Part shown: positions 13,335-27,943 of the stretch, piece after piece | Layout of the letters: every line of letters starts with the position of its first letter | Numbering within the stretch: the stretch's first letter is position 1 | From: Octopus sinensis | Lineage: Eukaryota | NCBI RefSeq assembly: GCF_006345805.1 | Contig: NC_043002.1 | Location: 16,244,001 to 16,308,000, forward strand | Direction of reading: 5' to 3' | DNA: 64,000 nucleotides | The notes under the pieces: generated by a model | Database searches by the model: none | Told to the model about the DNA's origin: nothing | The model's input: the letters and a program-made list of their open reading frames with translations, nothing else | Position numbers and translations under genes: made by a program

Positions 13335-13620
13335 AGAGGTTTAGTGGTTAGAGCCTCGGGCTCATAATCATGGGATAGGAAGTTATATGCCAGGACCAAA
13401 CTATCTGTTCTGTTTTTGAGTAAGCCATTTTATTTCACGTCGCTCCAGTTCACTCAGCTACAGAAATGAGTTGCCACGTCACTGGTGCCAAGCTGTATCA
13501 GCCTTTGCCTTTCCCTTGGATAATGTCAGTGGCGTAGAAAGAGGACGTTGTTATGCATGTGTAATTGATGCTCTTCCATAAATAACTTTGCACGGACTTT
13601 CTAGGTGCAGTCCTATTGTC
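13335..13620 (+). mobile_element. tRNA-derived SINE, family D (degenerate)
   Basis: Head TTAGTGGTTAG, central CACGTCGCTCCAGTTCACTCAGCT, and a tail matching the reverse complement of 32400-32560. Confidence 0.7.
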
Positions 13621-14794
13621 ATTCATTACACTTTTCCTTTTATGATGATGCATGTCCTACTAGTTGGAAATAAGCCCACTGCAGGCTTTAGGATGTTAGA
13701 GTATTCTGTGAGGTAATATATAACTGTCTGTCTTAACCGCACGCATTTCAACTAGAGATATATGCAAAGAGTGCATGCATGCTTATATGTGTACATACGT
13801 CTAAGTACATTTGTGTTTGTGATTTTTGCTTGTCAATGGGTGCTGTATTTGAACGTAAGAAGCTACGCCACTTTCATGTAGAACAATTTAAATTCTCTTG
13901 AATACGTAATCTGCAAACATATAGAAAGGAATATGCCACCAGCCTACTATGTTGTCGTTACACGATCGCTTCTAGGTTGTATCGATAGGAAACGCTCTCT
14001 CTTAAATTGCTGTCATTAGATTAAAGTTCGTACTGGCTGATGAATCCCAGAAACAATATTTCAAATTGTAATTATGTTGGCCATAGACGGCACAACAGGT
14101 ATCATATTTTGTTGAATAAGCGTTCACTCTCAATGAAGACAATAATCTGTCCTCTCATTTCATCAGACTCGGAGCTCAAGATTATTTAAAGTAGGCTTCT
14201 CAACTAGAGAATATTAACCTCTCACATGTGGACGAAGTCATTCAGAATTATCAACTACTAAGAGAGTATGTTTGTGCACCAAGCATTCAAAAAGAGTCCG
14301 GTATTTCAGAGCAAATCTTTATTTTTAAAATTATGATTGAATACATACTATTCTGAATATATTCAACTGTAAATCCAATCCTCAAACAATCAAGAACATC
14401 ATTGATATATCAGGCTACTTTTATTTCATTAATATTGAATATTGCCAAGAAGCGTAGATTGGAGAAGAACCGCTGGTGTAGTAAGGCATATGATTTCTGA
14501 TGTTTATTGATATTAATACAACCCCAAGGTTTATATGATGTATAGGTATGAAAGCCTATTCTTATTTCTTTATGTCTCCTGATAGAAGTATATCTATATG
14601 ATATGATGTATCTCTCCAGAGTAAACAACTCAGTGTTTATGAGAAATTATTTTAATTGTAAGCTTCCCTTGTTTGTTTTAATTAAAACCGTATGTATTCA
14701 TTAAGTTGACTTTGTTTGTAAATATATCGCCATTTCTTTATCTGCTTTTACATCAATCTGTGAAACTTCTATCTCTCTTCACACACACACACAG

Positions 14795-14826
<32 letters not shown>

Positions 14827-15799
14827 GCACACACACATACACACTCACACACACACACACGCACGCGCACACACAAACATATACTAAGCACAAGACCCCA
14901 CAGGCACATAGCTAGGCATGCACGCACTCACATACGCATATACACACACGCGTGAGCGCTTGTATAAGTATATGTATATAAGTGTGTGTATGTGTGTGTG
15001 TGTGTGTGCGTGTGTGTGGTTAGACATTTATAGCTGTACACACAGATATATTCTTTCAGAACTACTCTACAGAAAAGTAATTATTATATTACAAAGAACA
15101 GCCTGATTGCTTGGTAAAGAAGATTGTATTATACGACTTATATAGTAGTAGAGGCGCTTAGTATCTGTCGCTGTAAAATGCCCTTATATGGTACATTGCT
15201 ATATTCATACTTATCACAATGGAATATTCTGTATAATATCCGATTTTTGGTTTCAGTCTTTTATCATTAACTATTTAAGACTACTTTCAATAAATCTTAC
15301 TACTTCGATGAATGAGTGGATTATCTGCCTTGTAAAAAATTTTGGAGATCAGTGAAATTATGAATAATGAAGAGAGAACGATTTCCTTGTACTAAATTAA
15401 TATAAAACAAAGTTGAAAATTTGGGGATGGCAAACATATTTCATACAAATTACGAATAAATATTGCGACACAAATGAAATATTCATCACGTTCGTTTTAT
15501 ACTGATCGTGAGAAATAAATGGTGCCCGTTTCGAGCAAATTGATTCAGCGAAGAAACCATTCGACAATTACGAATCGACAATTACGAATCGGTGAAAATT
15601 ACGAATCGACAATTACGAATCGGTGAAAATATTTTCGATCTCATAAAAGATTTGTAAATGTTCGGGTGACATTATCGTTTGGAGAAACAATTCTATCTGC
15701 ATCATAATAACTTCATTGAGTTTTATTCTTTTTTATTTCACAGATATTATCTTTGCCATGTTGACATTGTTTAGCTCAGGTCTAGCATTGCTGTGAGCA

Positions 15800-16032
15800 G
15801 ATGTCTGAAAGTGTGCATTCTTGCGTTTATGGAACCATGATATATTTAAATAAATTATATATATTTATACCTTTTTCTTTCGTTTTTTCTCTCCTTGTTT
15901 TCTGTGTCCCTTTCTGTAGAAGAGCGTAGGCTCAAAACGTAAAAGATTTTTTCTATTCCTGAGCGTTTTACTAATACATCTGTTTGTTTTGTACACCACC
16001 TGTCTTCGTCTTTTGTTTTTTTCGTAAACTCT

Positions 16033-16037
<5 letters not shown>
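15800..16037 (+). mobile_element. Probable 3' terminal relic of a second Penelope-like family
   Basis: Pyrimidine-rich stretch, then a minimal-hammerhead-like motif at 15910-15945, ending directly in (TA)n. Same layout as the 47-54 kb element ends, but no RT sequence is present. Confidence 0.4.
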
Positions 16038-16119
<82 letters not shown>

Positions 16120-16167
16120 TTATATATATTTCGAAGTAAGCACATAAACATCACAAACATATCACTA

Positions 16168-16207
16168 AAAAACTGAGAGTTTCACGTTCCCGTTCGTCGG
16201 CCAGTTG
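16168..16207 (-). ncRNA. Degenerate hammerhead relic related to 8194-8240 and 47361-47409
   Basis: Minus strand reads AACTGG-CCGACGA-ACG GGAA CGT-GAAAC-TCTCAGTT. Stem II is intact with a GNRA loop; stem III is partly deleted. Confidence 0.45.
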
Positions 16208-16730
16208 AAATTTAGAGTAGAACAAAGTAAAGTTTGGATGCATAAAATATACGATATTACAATGACAGGTACACACTTCAAATTAGTTTTCATTGGTCTT
16301 TTCAATTATGTGTATTTAGTGTCGACCAAAGTGTGCTTTTAAAGCATTGAATACCATAATGGGTCTCTTTGTTTCTGCTTTATCGTATTTCATTTTATTC
16401 CTTATTAAATTTCTTCATAATTTTATTTATTTTATTGTTTACATAATATCTTCCGGTACATTTATTTTCAGCAGTGTCAAAGATTATGTCAATTGCAAAA
16501 TTTGTGGAGTCCAAAATGTATATTGTATTACATTATTATACTATCAATTTAATTGATTTTTAAATGATTTTCAATCCAAACTTTGAAGTAACGCATTCTA
16601 ATATTCAACATGCCAGACAAACTCTTTTAATTATACCTATTGCACGTATACACGTTACAGTGTACCGTATTTCTTCTAAAATATAATACCTGTACATCAC
16701 CTCTAAACCTTCATATGTATGTGTATATAT

Positions 16731-16766
<36 letters not shown>

Positions 16767-16884
16767 CATACCTAACACAACGAAACTTTTACATGTTACT
16801 TTGGCAATATTTTTCTAAAAGAGTGAAACCGGTAAAGTAAAAAAACATTTTAAAATTGCATTTTAAAACCTGCTTTCATATGTA

Positions 16885-16932
<48 letters not shown>

Positions 16933-17810
16933 GTGTGTGTGTGTGCATGGTTGCATCTTTATTACAATTGTATATATGCATTTCATTAAGTATATAAGTA
17001 TATTTTATGCGTTCGGTGACACCCTTGGCATTTTTGCATAAAGTTTTGAGATGTATATTAATGTTTCTTTTCAGCTTGGTTTTCTTAATAGTTAGATACT
17101 TGTAGACGCAACTATATTCTTCTCCGTCTTTTCTTATCTTTTCTATCTTTGTTTTCTCTACTTTGCTCCTCTCTCTTTTCTTTCTCTTCAACTCAGCACC
17201 TTCTTATTATGTTTCTTTACTAATGCGTAACAATAACGTTACGTTTTTACGACATACGCACAAAGAAAAATTATGTGTATGTATATCTACGTGTGAGTGT
17301 TAGATATCAACATATGCATCAGTATATATATATATATATATCTATATATATATATATATATAATATATATATATTATATTTATATATTCATATAATTTTA
17401 TTTTGTCTGTGCATGTTTGTATATACGTATGTATGCATGTATTAGTGATGTGTGTAGTGTACATATTACGTTTATGATTTTTAGTGTGTATATGTATACG
17501 CGCAATGTTTTTAGTTGCAGGACGTTTGATTTTTTAAGAGAATATTGTCATAAATATGCCGAAATTTATTCATTTTTTTAAAAATTAATCTTATTTTAAC
17601 ATTAATTTCTTTATTCTGGATATACATTTTTTCTCTTCCAAAGGCAATTTTGGGGTGGGGGGGGGGGGAATTTTGATTCTTGATTTAATATTTTCTTCGG
17701 ATTACAAATCATTTTTCTTACATGGAGACTACTACTGATCGTGGAGCCGCAAGTCTGATTTTGCACGGTGACTAGAACATATATACATATACACTTATCG
17801 TATTTTCCTA

Positions 17811-17915
<105 letters not shown>

Positions 17916-18221
17916 AACATGCACATATATATAAATAGATATACTTATACTTATACATAAAAAAATATTTTTTATAATTTTGCTCTTATAATAGAAATCG
18001 AAAAAAATAGAGGGCTTCAGGTAGAACTGAGACAAAGAAAATATATTCAAGAGACATGAACAAATGTCCCAGTTGATCAGAAAAATTTATAACATAGATG
18101 CATACTAAAACACCAGGGCGTTCAACATATAAAACCCGAATGTGATAAAACACGTTTTCCTCACACGATTCCATCTATATTGCACATTTGTATATGGATG
18201 TATAGATATAGACATAAAAGA

Positions 18222-18500
18222 GGACTCCGTCGGCTTACGACGATGAGAATCCCAGCTGATACGATCAACGGAAGAGCTTACTCGTGAGATTTACCTGGCT
18301 GAGTACTTCACAGAATCATCTACACTTAAAGTAGTTCTCTGGGATATTCCGCGCGACAGAGGGTGCCATTTTTATTTGCTGAGTGAACTGAAACAACGTG
18401 AAATATAGTATCTGTCTCAAGGACACATAGCATCTCCGGGAATTGAACTGAATCCCTTACGATCTCGTGTGGAAGGCCCTAACCACTATGCCACGTTCCT
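18222..18500 (-). mobile_element. tRNA-derived SINE, family D/T (degenerate)
   Basis: Homologous to 30115-30430, including the tail ACTCCGTCGG-TTACGACGA. Confidence 0.75.
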
Positions 18501-18531
18501 GCACCATATATATGTGTAAATATATATATAT

Positions 18532-18607
<76 letters not shown>

Positions 18608-18969
18608 ATATAATATATATATATATATAATAAAATATTAGGGAATAAATCCAAACTTACAGGGAAAAGTCAGATTTAGGATTGAATCCAATTTTATAGT
18701 AAAATATTATATTATATTAAATTAGAGATAATTAGAGTTCATTGATTAAACCTCGCCAAGTTAAATATTTAAACCACCTGAAGAATGACTGTAACTCGAA
18801 AATTTTAAGAATTGAACAGCCATGAAACGATCGTAGTGTTATATTAATTATCTTTTTTTAATAATTTTGATATATATTTAAATAATATAAATTAATTAAT
18901 CTTATGTATCGGCTTAAGTTTTTCATTGTATGATTTGCCTAATAGTGGTTTTATCTCTAATTTAATATA

Positions 18970-19012
<43 letters not shown>

Positions 19013-19049
19013 ATATATATAACATACATATATATACATACATACATAC

Positions 19050-19094
<45 letters not shown>

Positions 19095-19449
19095 TTTTGG
19101 GATTTAAATGTTGATTGCCCTGGAGTATTAATATGTATTTATGTTCAATAATGTTATGATATCAGGAGGTTATACAGTTGTGTGACCAACTAGTACATTT
19201 GTTTATTCGTTCCTGTTCAATTTACACATATATATATACATACAGTGTACATTTAATCACATAAGAAATGACCTTAATAGGATATCTAACCCGATAGAAG
19301 GAGTAGTTAAAATCTAAACCACAATTAGGGTAATTTCGAAAGAGAATGAAAAATATACACATTTATGATCTATTTCCTGTACCATGAGTTCAAGCTATCT
19401 TCAGCAAATAAAATAATTATCTAAGCGCAGGGAAAAAATTGAAAATAAA

Positions 19450-21424
19450 TTAATATCAAATAATATTTGTTAGGTATTTATTACATACATTATCGGCATT
19501 TAACAACCGATCACCTATGTAGCATACTTTTATTCATTTATTGAACGAGCCTCCTTTCGATTCTGTCTTAACCTATCGAACTCACACGGGCTGCTATTGC
19601 ATTCCTCAAGCGATCACGAAACACCACTATTTCCTGGTGCTGTTATCTCTTTATGATTATGTCCTTCCGACGTGACATCGCTTGCAAAACTTAGTTGTCA
19701 TGAAAGTAAGGATTTCTTTCTAGAAATTTTATCACTATCTCCGTAGACTTTCTGCATTATCCTATCATATTCCCCAATTAGAGTTTCGTTGGCCATTTAC
19801 ATTTGACTCACTCGAATGAGAGCTGTCGCTGTCGCTAATTATATGACCATTGTTTTCTTCAAGATATTGTTCAGTGATTTCTTTATTTTGTCGCACCCAC
19901 ATTTCAATTTCATTTCAATCAAGTGATTGAATAACAATGTGTTTGATTGGAAATCGTGTAGTTTCCGGAATATTTTCAACTCTAGATACATTCTCTGATT
20001 CTTTCACTTCAGGAGCATTAGACACTGGGTATAATATTCCCCAAGCTTTTGTTAACGTGACTGACTCCATGAACTTGCGAGGGAAAACATGTCATTTTTT
20101 ATGGTAAAATTGCGCTGGAAATCGCCTATACTAGCATTGTTCTTTGTTATATTCATCATAAAATCAATTCTGTAGAAACATTTTCAATTCAAAATAATCC
20201 CTTGGTCCATAGCTTGAATGAGAGATGTAACATTTGTTGGTAAATAGCAAGCAAATACATTGTCGCAAGATGGCACTAATTTTGTCTCGTGAGGATGTGC
20301 TTTACAATTGTCTTATAGCAGCAGGCATTTTGACTTAGATTTACTTAATTTGTGAGAGCGTTTTTGTACAGCTGGCACAAAAAATTCTTTTATGAACCAT
20401 TCCGTGAACAAGTGTTGATTCATCCGTATGTTTTGAAGAATAATATGATACTGGGAAAGGTGAAACTCCTTTCATTGCTCAGGGACACTCAGATATACCA
20501 ATAACAAGCAGTTTAAGTTTGTGAGTTCCAGAAGCATTAACACATACCATCACTGAAAGTCTCTCTTTTTAAATGTGGATCTTTTTTTTTTATTTACTGC
20601 TACTCTGATCCAGCTAAAATTTTTGTGGGTAAACCCTTCTGATTTAAACCAGTTTCAGCAGCATTATAAATATTATCTGATATTAAAGCATAGTCGTCAA
20701 TTAGTTTTTGAATTTATTTACAATAAGTTAACGCAGAAAGCGTATCAGCTGAACGTTATGATCCTTAAATTGTTAACTGCCGTATGTCATGGCTACTCTG
20801 AATTTCATATCCTTTGTACTGAATTCCATATCCTTTGTGATATTCAACTCTTTCTTAAGAGACTTTGCTTTAGAAATTAGCATTTCTCCCGATAGTTATA
20901 TACCTTCGTGTTGCTTCGATAAAATCCATTCATGTAATATTTTATCGAATTCAACTTGTTTAGGTCCATGAAGAGTCTTTCTTTTGACTTGTCTTTTTTT
21001 ATTCTCAGTGAGAGGAGCAGAATTCAATTTTTCCTCCGTGTTCTTTTTTATGTAGAACAGTGTGCTCCTTCCAATTTTATAATATAATATTTCAATATCA
21101 TTATTTGCAATTCCCATATCTAATTTTCCTAGAATTTTACGTTTTTCGGGTAACGTTAGAGTAACTTGTTTTCTTTTAGAATCATATACCATTATGATAG
21201 AGGCTGCTTTAGACTATTTTCAACACACTAAGTTAATCTGGAAAGAATACGATCGTAGGAATTATCATTAGTTAATCTGCATCAATTACACAATACTTGG
21301 ATTACTATTTCAGTACAATAGCTGACTAAGACGATTTATACTGTCTCACTGCAAATACGCATCGAATATACAAATAAATTTTGAGCTGTTTAGCGGCTTT
21401 TCAAATAAGAAGAGTTCGACTGTA
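19450..21424 (-). mobile_element. Degenerate pogo/Tigger (TIGD/CENP-B-like) DNA transposon
   Basis: ORF 20896-21192 reads KRKQVTLTLPEKRKIL...IGRSTL...LHEWI (CENP-B-type HTH). Downstream broken frames resemble the DDE_1 domain (NASGTHKLKLLVIG, DNCKAHP). A TIR-like TACAGTCGAACTC lies at the 21424 end; the other TIR was not found. Confidence 0.8.
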
Positions 21425-21791
21425 CATATATACATATATATATATATATATATATTTCCTCTCCTTTCCATCTATCTATTACTGATTTTATTCAAATCCT
21501 TATCTTCTTCCTTTACCTTTATTCTTTTACGTTTTTGTTTTTATTTTTATTTATTGTTTACTTCATCTATTTTGTGCTATATGGCATATTCACGAATATA
21601 TACAGTTCAACTCCTGCATATACTTACTATATAGAGGATTTAACTTCTTACACTTATTAGCATTCTGTATACATCCTTCAAAGGAAAGATGTTAACCTTA
21701 ATTATATAAACTCATCATAAACCTAAAGAGGTACTGCCCCATATACTTAAAAAAATGATATTTGTTGTAGGCTTTAACCAAATGATTAGAA

Positions 21792-22563
21792 TTTTCTCAA
21801 AAGCTTTGTAGCTTTTGAGAAAACACACACTTCCACTCCAACCGAACATGATTTGGTTTTCCTCAGACGAGAAAAATTTCTGCCAGGATCAGATGGTGAA
21901 CACACACAATAACTGTTGCCTTGCAGCGTCCTTAGAACATGTACTGAGTTTGATAAAAATCAAACATCCAGTAAACACCATGATATTTGGAAAGATCGCT
22001 AGTGATGACGACGTTATGCCTCCCTCCATCATCCCACACAGCATCAGACTCAATACGGAGGCCTACATTATGTGTCTGGAGGAGGTAGTGATGTCATGTA
22101 TCAAGAAAGCGACTGCTCGTAGGTCCTATGTCTGGCAACAGGACTCTGCACCGTGCCACACAAGCAGGAGATACCAGTCATGGTTGTCAGAGATTTTCTG
22201 CGACCACATCACACATCTGGCCACCTAACTAGCCTGACAACAACCCCTTCATTATTATGTGTGGGACGCAGTGGAGCGAGAGACCAACAAGGCTCCTTGT
22301 AACAGCAAAGATTATCTGAAGGCAAGGATTATGGCAACATTCAGCAATTTAACTACGAGACAGTACAGAAGATTTACAGGAAATTCCGAAGTCGTCTGGA
22401 GGCTGTGGTTGAAGCCAATGGCGATCTTATTGAATAGATTTACTCTTTAGTATTGGAAGATGTAGTTATGTTATTTTGGTATATATATGTCTTAAAATGG
22501 GATGTCAGTATAAATGTTCATTTTTCCGTACTTTAGACGACGATTTATTCACTGGACACAGTA
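21792..22563 (+). mobile_element. 5'-truncated Tc1/mariner element, DD37D (maT)-like, with transposase pseudogene
   Basis: WFSSDEKNFCQDQ...QQDSAPCHTSR...IWPPN*PDNNP(L)HYYVWDAVERETNK fits maT-type catalytic spacing once frameshifts are repaired. The element ends ACTGGACACAG + TA. Confidence 0.8.
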
Positions 22564-22659
22564 TACGTATACGCACACATAGATTTATATATATATGTAT
22601 GAATGTATGTATGTATTATGTACGTAGGTATGTATTTGTGTATGTATGTGCGTGTGTGG

Positions 22660-22900
22660 AGGAATGTGGTTAGTGGTTAGGTGTCAGCATCATGATCGTA
22701 ACATTGTGGTTTCGATTCCTGGACCGGGCGACGCGTTGTCTTCTTGAGCGAAACACTTAATTTCACGTTGCTCCAGTCCACTCAGCTGACAGAAATGAGT
22801 AATGCTGCGATGGACTGGCGTCCCGTCCTGCTGGGGAACACATATGCCATTGAAACCGGGAAAGCGGGCCCATGAATCAGGCTAGGCTTTAAAAGGGCGT
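22660..22900 (+). mobile_element. tRNA-derived SINE, family D2
   Basis: A box TGGTTAGTGG and B box GGTTTCGATTCC; near-identical to 25398-25640. Confidence 0.88.
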
Positions 22901-23964
22901 AATATATATATATATAAACTATATTTATAACATCCATGTAAACATTTCACCTCATTGCTATAACCAACAGACATTTTAAATGTAAATAGCATCTCCTCTT
23001 TCATACACAGACGCACACAATTATCTACAAACATGCAAAATTGACGTCCTAGATTTTTTTTTATGTTTCGCAGGACGAACACGTTTATATATTTTAACGT
23101 GAACATACATTAGGTAGTTAAACTTCAGTTTTCTCAGTAGTTGTTTTAATATAAAACAATCAGCCTATGCTAAGTTGCTGCGTAGTCATCTTACTCATAC
23201 GTTTATTGTCGCATTATAATAGATAGCTTTTCATTTACCTATCTTCAGAGGAGAAATCTCTAATAATGCACAAACTCAAAGAATACACATTGTGCGTATA
23301 ACTGCATCACATTGGACAGTTATAACAAAACGAAAATAGAAAAAAAATCTAATAGGAAAACAATTGACATATTTTTCATGATACTTCTTCAGATCTTTAG
23401 AATAATAAAACTATGCCGCATCTATAATTTGGATTGTCGATGAAGATGCAAGATAAGCACAAATGTGGTTGATGATGGTGGCTATGTTCTTTAGCAGCAA
23501 ATTCCCAAGTTTTGGATCTCTTTTTACTAGAACTAGTACTAAAACTTTTTTTCCAATAAAGAAAAGGAAACAATGGAAACAAAATTTTGAGTGGGGTTAT
23601 ATAAAGTCACTTATTTCTTTTTTCTACCTTTGTGGAATTTAAGTATAAATGAGAAGAATATCAAAAATATTGATTCACTTGCTCCGAATGCCATTTATAA
23701 TTAGCAAATTGAAGTTTATATGAAGTGGTTGATATCACGTCGAAACAGATGATTCGCCAAATGAACTGGCTGTTAATTGGAACACAGTCTCAGTTCTCGA
23801 TATCATTTTTTAGGATTTCCCAAGATGTAAATGACATCTCAATGGAGTAATATTCGAACAAATCTTTTTCCAATTGAGATTACAAATTTCAAAATGCGTA
23901 CAGGAGTTATATCTCACGTACAAATAGATTAAGAATATCAAATTGACACTTATTCTAAAACATA

Positions 23965-24359
23965 TCTTTATATATAAAAGTGAGGTGGTGTGCTGTCTGT
24001 CTCCTACGATTTAGATTCCTAACTACTCCCAAATTTTGCGGTGCAGTTTAACCAAAGCCGGGTATCTTATAGTCGTGATTCATATCGATCCCTTCTGGGT
24101 ATTAGCACGCGTCTACGATGAGTCTACGATTTAAAAAAAAAATTACCATCAATTGTTCCCATTTTTAGTGCATTTTTGGCATATATAAGGGAAGTAACTC
24201 TCTCAAAATTTAGTATTAAATCTCAGAACGTAAAAAGCTACAGTAACACACCACTATGTTGTTAGCCATATTGAGATGGCTATTATACTTTACATCTCTA
24301 AAAATGCTTATATAGTTATTTCCCTTACAAACCCGAGCAACGCCGGGCGATACTGCTAG
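23965..24359 (+). mobile_element. Non-autonomous Helitron
   Basis: Inserted between host A and T. Starts TC, ends CTAG, with subterminal hairpin CCCGAGCAACGCCGGG (24332-24347). No target duplication. Confidence 0.78.
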
Positions 24360-25397
24360 TAGAAAATAAAACCAGAATCATTTGATAGTTGTGTCTTATG
24401 CCGATATGAGTCGATAAACTTGTAAAAATTAGAGCTACGAACAATTGATTTATTTCTTTTCATATTAATTTTCACGCAATTTTGCATACACCATTTCTAA
24501 AAGTTAATTTCATTTTGTTGAAATTCTAATCTTTAATCTTTAATTTATAGATATATTTGTATATTCGAATATTGTGGTTTGATATTATCTCATATCACCA
24601 CACCCGCAGTTATATGGATAAGTCTGTATTTTGATTTAACGTCATATATATGCGTGTGTGTGGGTGCGTTTGTGTGTTGTGTAAAAGAAATTATTTTGTC
24701 ATTAACGCTTAACTAATCATCATTTAATTAGTTTCCAAAATTACAAAGTTATGTTTGATCGATGATCAATATTGCTTTTCCAAATTCCTAGGTCAATGAG
24801 AAATACATCAGAATACCGTTAAAATTTTAACAGTTATGTTATTGTTGGCACTTGGCTCTAATGTCATAAAGAAGGTAATTAAGCATAATTATATGTTGGG
24901 GAAAATCCAATTTAGAACCTACGTTACTATTATTTCAGCAATTCGGCAAATATATAAGTGATATTGCTTCACATATAATTCGGCAGTATATCTTCTGAAA
25001 CAAACATAAAATTCAGCATGCGTTCCAAACAAGAAAGTAGATAATCATTGACTGGGAGTGCAATAATGTTTACTAGTGATCATGGTGTTTAGTATATTGC
25101 ATAAGAAACATTATGCTAGTGTAGGGAAATCTTATGAAATGAGAATACCTTGCAATGTAGCATTTAAATAAATTTTGTTACTTAAATTATATGGCATCCT
25201 AAGCTTCATATACTAAATTTGTGTTAATTTTTATATCTTCTTATTTCAAAAGCAGGAGTCTTCATTTCCATTATAGCTAAAATTATATTGATTTTTAGCG
25301 ACACATTTTACTCAAGTGTAAGAAAATTTTTCGAAACAGCAAAACCATCCAGAGACTTTCATCTAAGATATCTTAGTATCTAATATTGAATTTTTTG

Positions 25398-25640
25398 AGG
25401 CATGTGGATTAGTGGTTAGGGTGTCAGCATCATGATCGTAAGATTGTTGTTTCGATTCCTAGACCGGGCGACGCGTTGTCTTCTTGAGCAAAACACTCCA
25501 TTTCATGTTGCTCCAGTCCACTCAGCTGGCAAAAATGAGTAACGCTGCGATGGACTAGCGTCCCGTCCAGCAGGGGAACACATACGCCATTGAAACCGTG
25601 AAACCGGGCCCATCAGCCTGGCTAGACTTTAAAAGGCCGA
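25398..25640 (+). mobile_element. tRNA-derived SINE, family D2
   Basis: Near-identical to 22660-22900. Confidence 0.88.
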
Positions 25641-26689
25641 AGAAGAAGAATATTGAAATGCATTGAGATTGTTTCAAGTATAACTGTTACAAATTTCAAA
25701 GATTAAACTTTGGTTCAATTAAAACAAATTATACCTTTGTGGTGTTAGCGAAAGCAGCGTAACAGCCATTTTTCATTTAATGTATGGTAATACGTGATAT
25801 ATAATTAATTGCAATAAAATATTAAAGCTACAAGAACAAGTGCCTTTGATAGCGAATGAACTTGGACCATACACAGCAAGTCCAGAAAGCAAGACGTTTG
25901 TTCACTTGCGATATGCTGCACTTTATCATCAAAACCGACAATAAATTTGACAAGGCGAAAACAGTAATATCTTTTGTAGCTTGAAGCCTCGTGATTCCAC
26001 AAAGATAATAACCTAAAACAAATAGAAAATATCTCAATATGATATTGCGCAGGACGTTATAACTGTTCCAAAAATATCCAAGACAAAAACCAATATATCT
26101 GAAATCGACTATAAACTTAGTGACCCGTGTCAAGAGGGTCGCCAACACCAGAATTTCAAGTAAAACTAATTTAAGATAAGATTCTTGCAGCAGATTTTTG
26201 GAGCAATATCTGACTCGGTAGCTAGTGAATTTATGCAGTAATCAAATGGTGATATTTAATTTACAAACGCACGCAAGTCTACAAAAAGTTGAACGGCTAT
26301 AAATCTAGAATTGGAAGCCAAAGTAGATAGTACATTATATAAATGTATGCGTGTGTGTGTGAATGTCTTTAAGTGTGAATCTGTGTCTGCGTAGACGGTA
26401 GTGTCGTTTGCATAATGCGCATGTACGTTGCCAGAAACATAAGCATATACTAGGTGTGTATACATAAACACATACATGCATATATTTGTGTGTGTTCAGT
26501 GTGAATGTGTGGTGTGCGTGTGTGTGTTCGTGAATGTGTATTAGTGACACATCCACACGTTCACTTACACAAACAAACACACATATATATGCACGTACAC
26601 ACACGTTATTCCGAATAGAATATTGATTACGTATATGCATGTATATACATATACCATTATGTGTACATGTGCCCTTGCATACATACATC

Positions 26690-27107
<418 letters not shown>

Positions 27108-27625
27108 ATGAGTTTCTTAAATAAAGCAATCTAAATTACAAGACAGGCTATCTAGCAACTTTTAGACAACACTTAATTCAGTTTCTTCTCGGAAATACAT
27201 TTTTCTATGTAATTTAATATATAATTCTAGATGACATCATTCTAACCAAAGTACGTTGCAGGCCCTTCATCAATACCGTATTATTTTCACGCCTGTGTAG
27301 TCGGTGAAGGTGAGTGATGACGGCAACAGAATAAAATTGGCGAAAGGAATATGTCAAATATTACAGTCTGGTGCACAATCAAATCAACAATAATAAAAGA
27401 AGACATCTAGAGATAAGTTGTATAGTTATAAATGTTGCCATCTAACAGTCGAGTAGACAAATATACTTATACACTTTTGAGATAAAACACAACGTATACG
27501 GCTTCTCGCACATATTATCTACATACATTTAAGTGTACAAAATCATATATGTGTGTGCATGTGAGTATGTGTTAATGTGTGCACGGATGTGTCTATATAT
27601 GTCGTTCTATTTACATACATATATT

Positions 27626-27815
27626 AGGCGGTGAGCTGACAGAATCGTTAGTGCCTCGGGTGAGATGCTTAGTGGTATTTCGTCTGTGATCAAACTCCTC
27701 CGACTTTGCCATTCCTCATTTCGGAGCGGATAAAATAAGTACCAGTTGAGCATTGGGGGTCAATGTAATCGACAATCCCCTCCCCGAAAACTGTAGGCCT
27801 TGTACCAATAATAGC
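27626..27815 (+). mobile_element. SINE family B
   Basis: Head GGCGGTGAGCTGACAGAATCGTTAG; homologous to 31385-31615 and to the reverse complement of 33790-34025. Confidence 0.82.
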
Positions 27816-27877
27816 CAGTATTATTATCATCATCATTATTATTTTTATTATTATTATTATATTATTATATTATTATA

Positions 27878-27943
<66 letters not shown>

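Noticed and set aside
14036-14075. CTGATGA...GAAAC with a plausible stem III and GUA site
   Set aside because: Stem II and stem I cannot form.
14441-14481. LPRSVDWR, like the papain-family mature N-terminus
   Set aside because: In-frame stop immediately upstream, and no following QG.CG.CW motif.
18775-18820. CTGAAGA...GAAA in a (TA)n-flanked block
   Set aside because: No stem I partner and no valid NUH cleavage site.
23393-23443. IFRIIKLCR, like a voltage-sensor S4 segment
   Set aside because: Stop codon 8 codons later with no donor site; no other channel segments found.
25805-26148. Overlapping 65- and 106-aa minus-strand ORFs with hydrophobic content
   Set aside because: No identifiable motif, several frames look equally plausible, and no clear donor; not supportable without a search.
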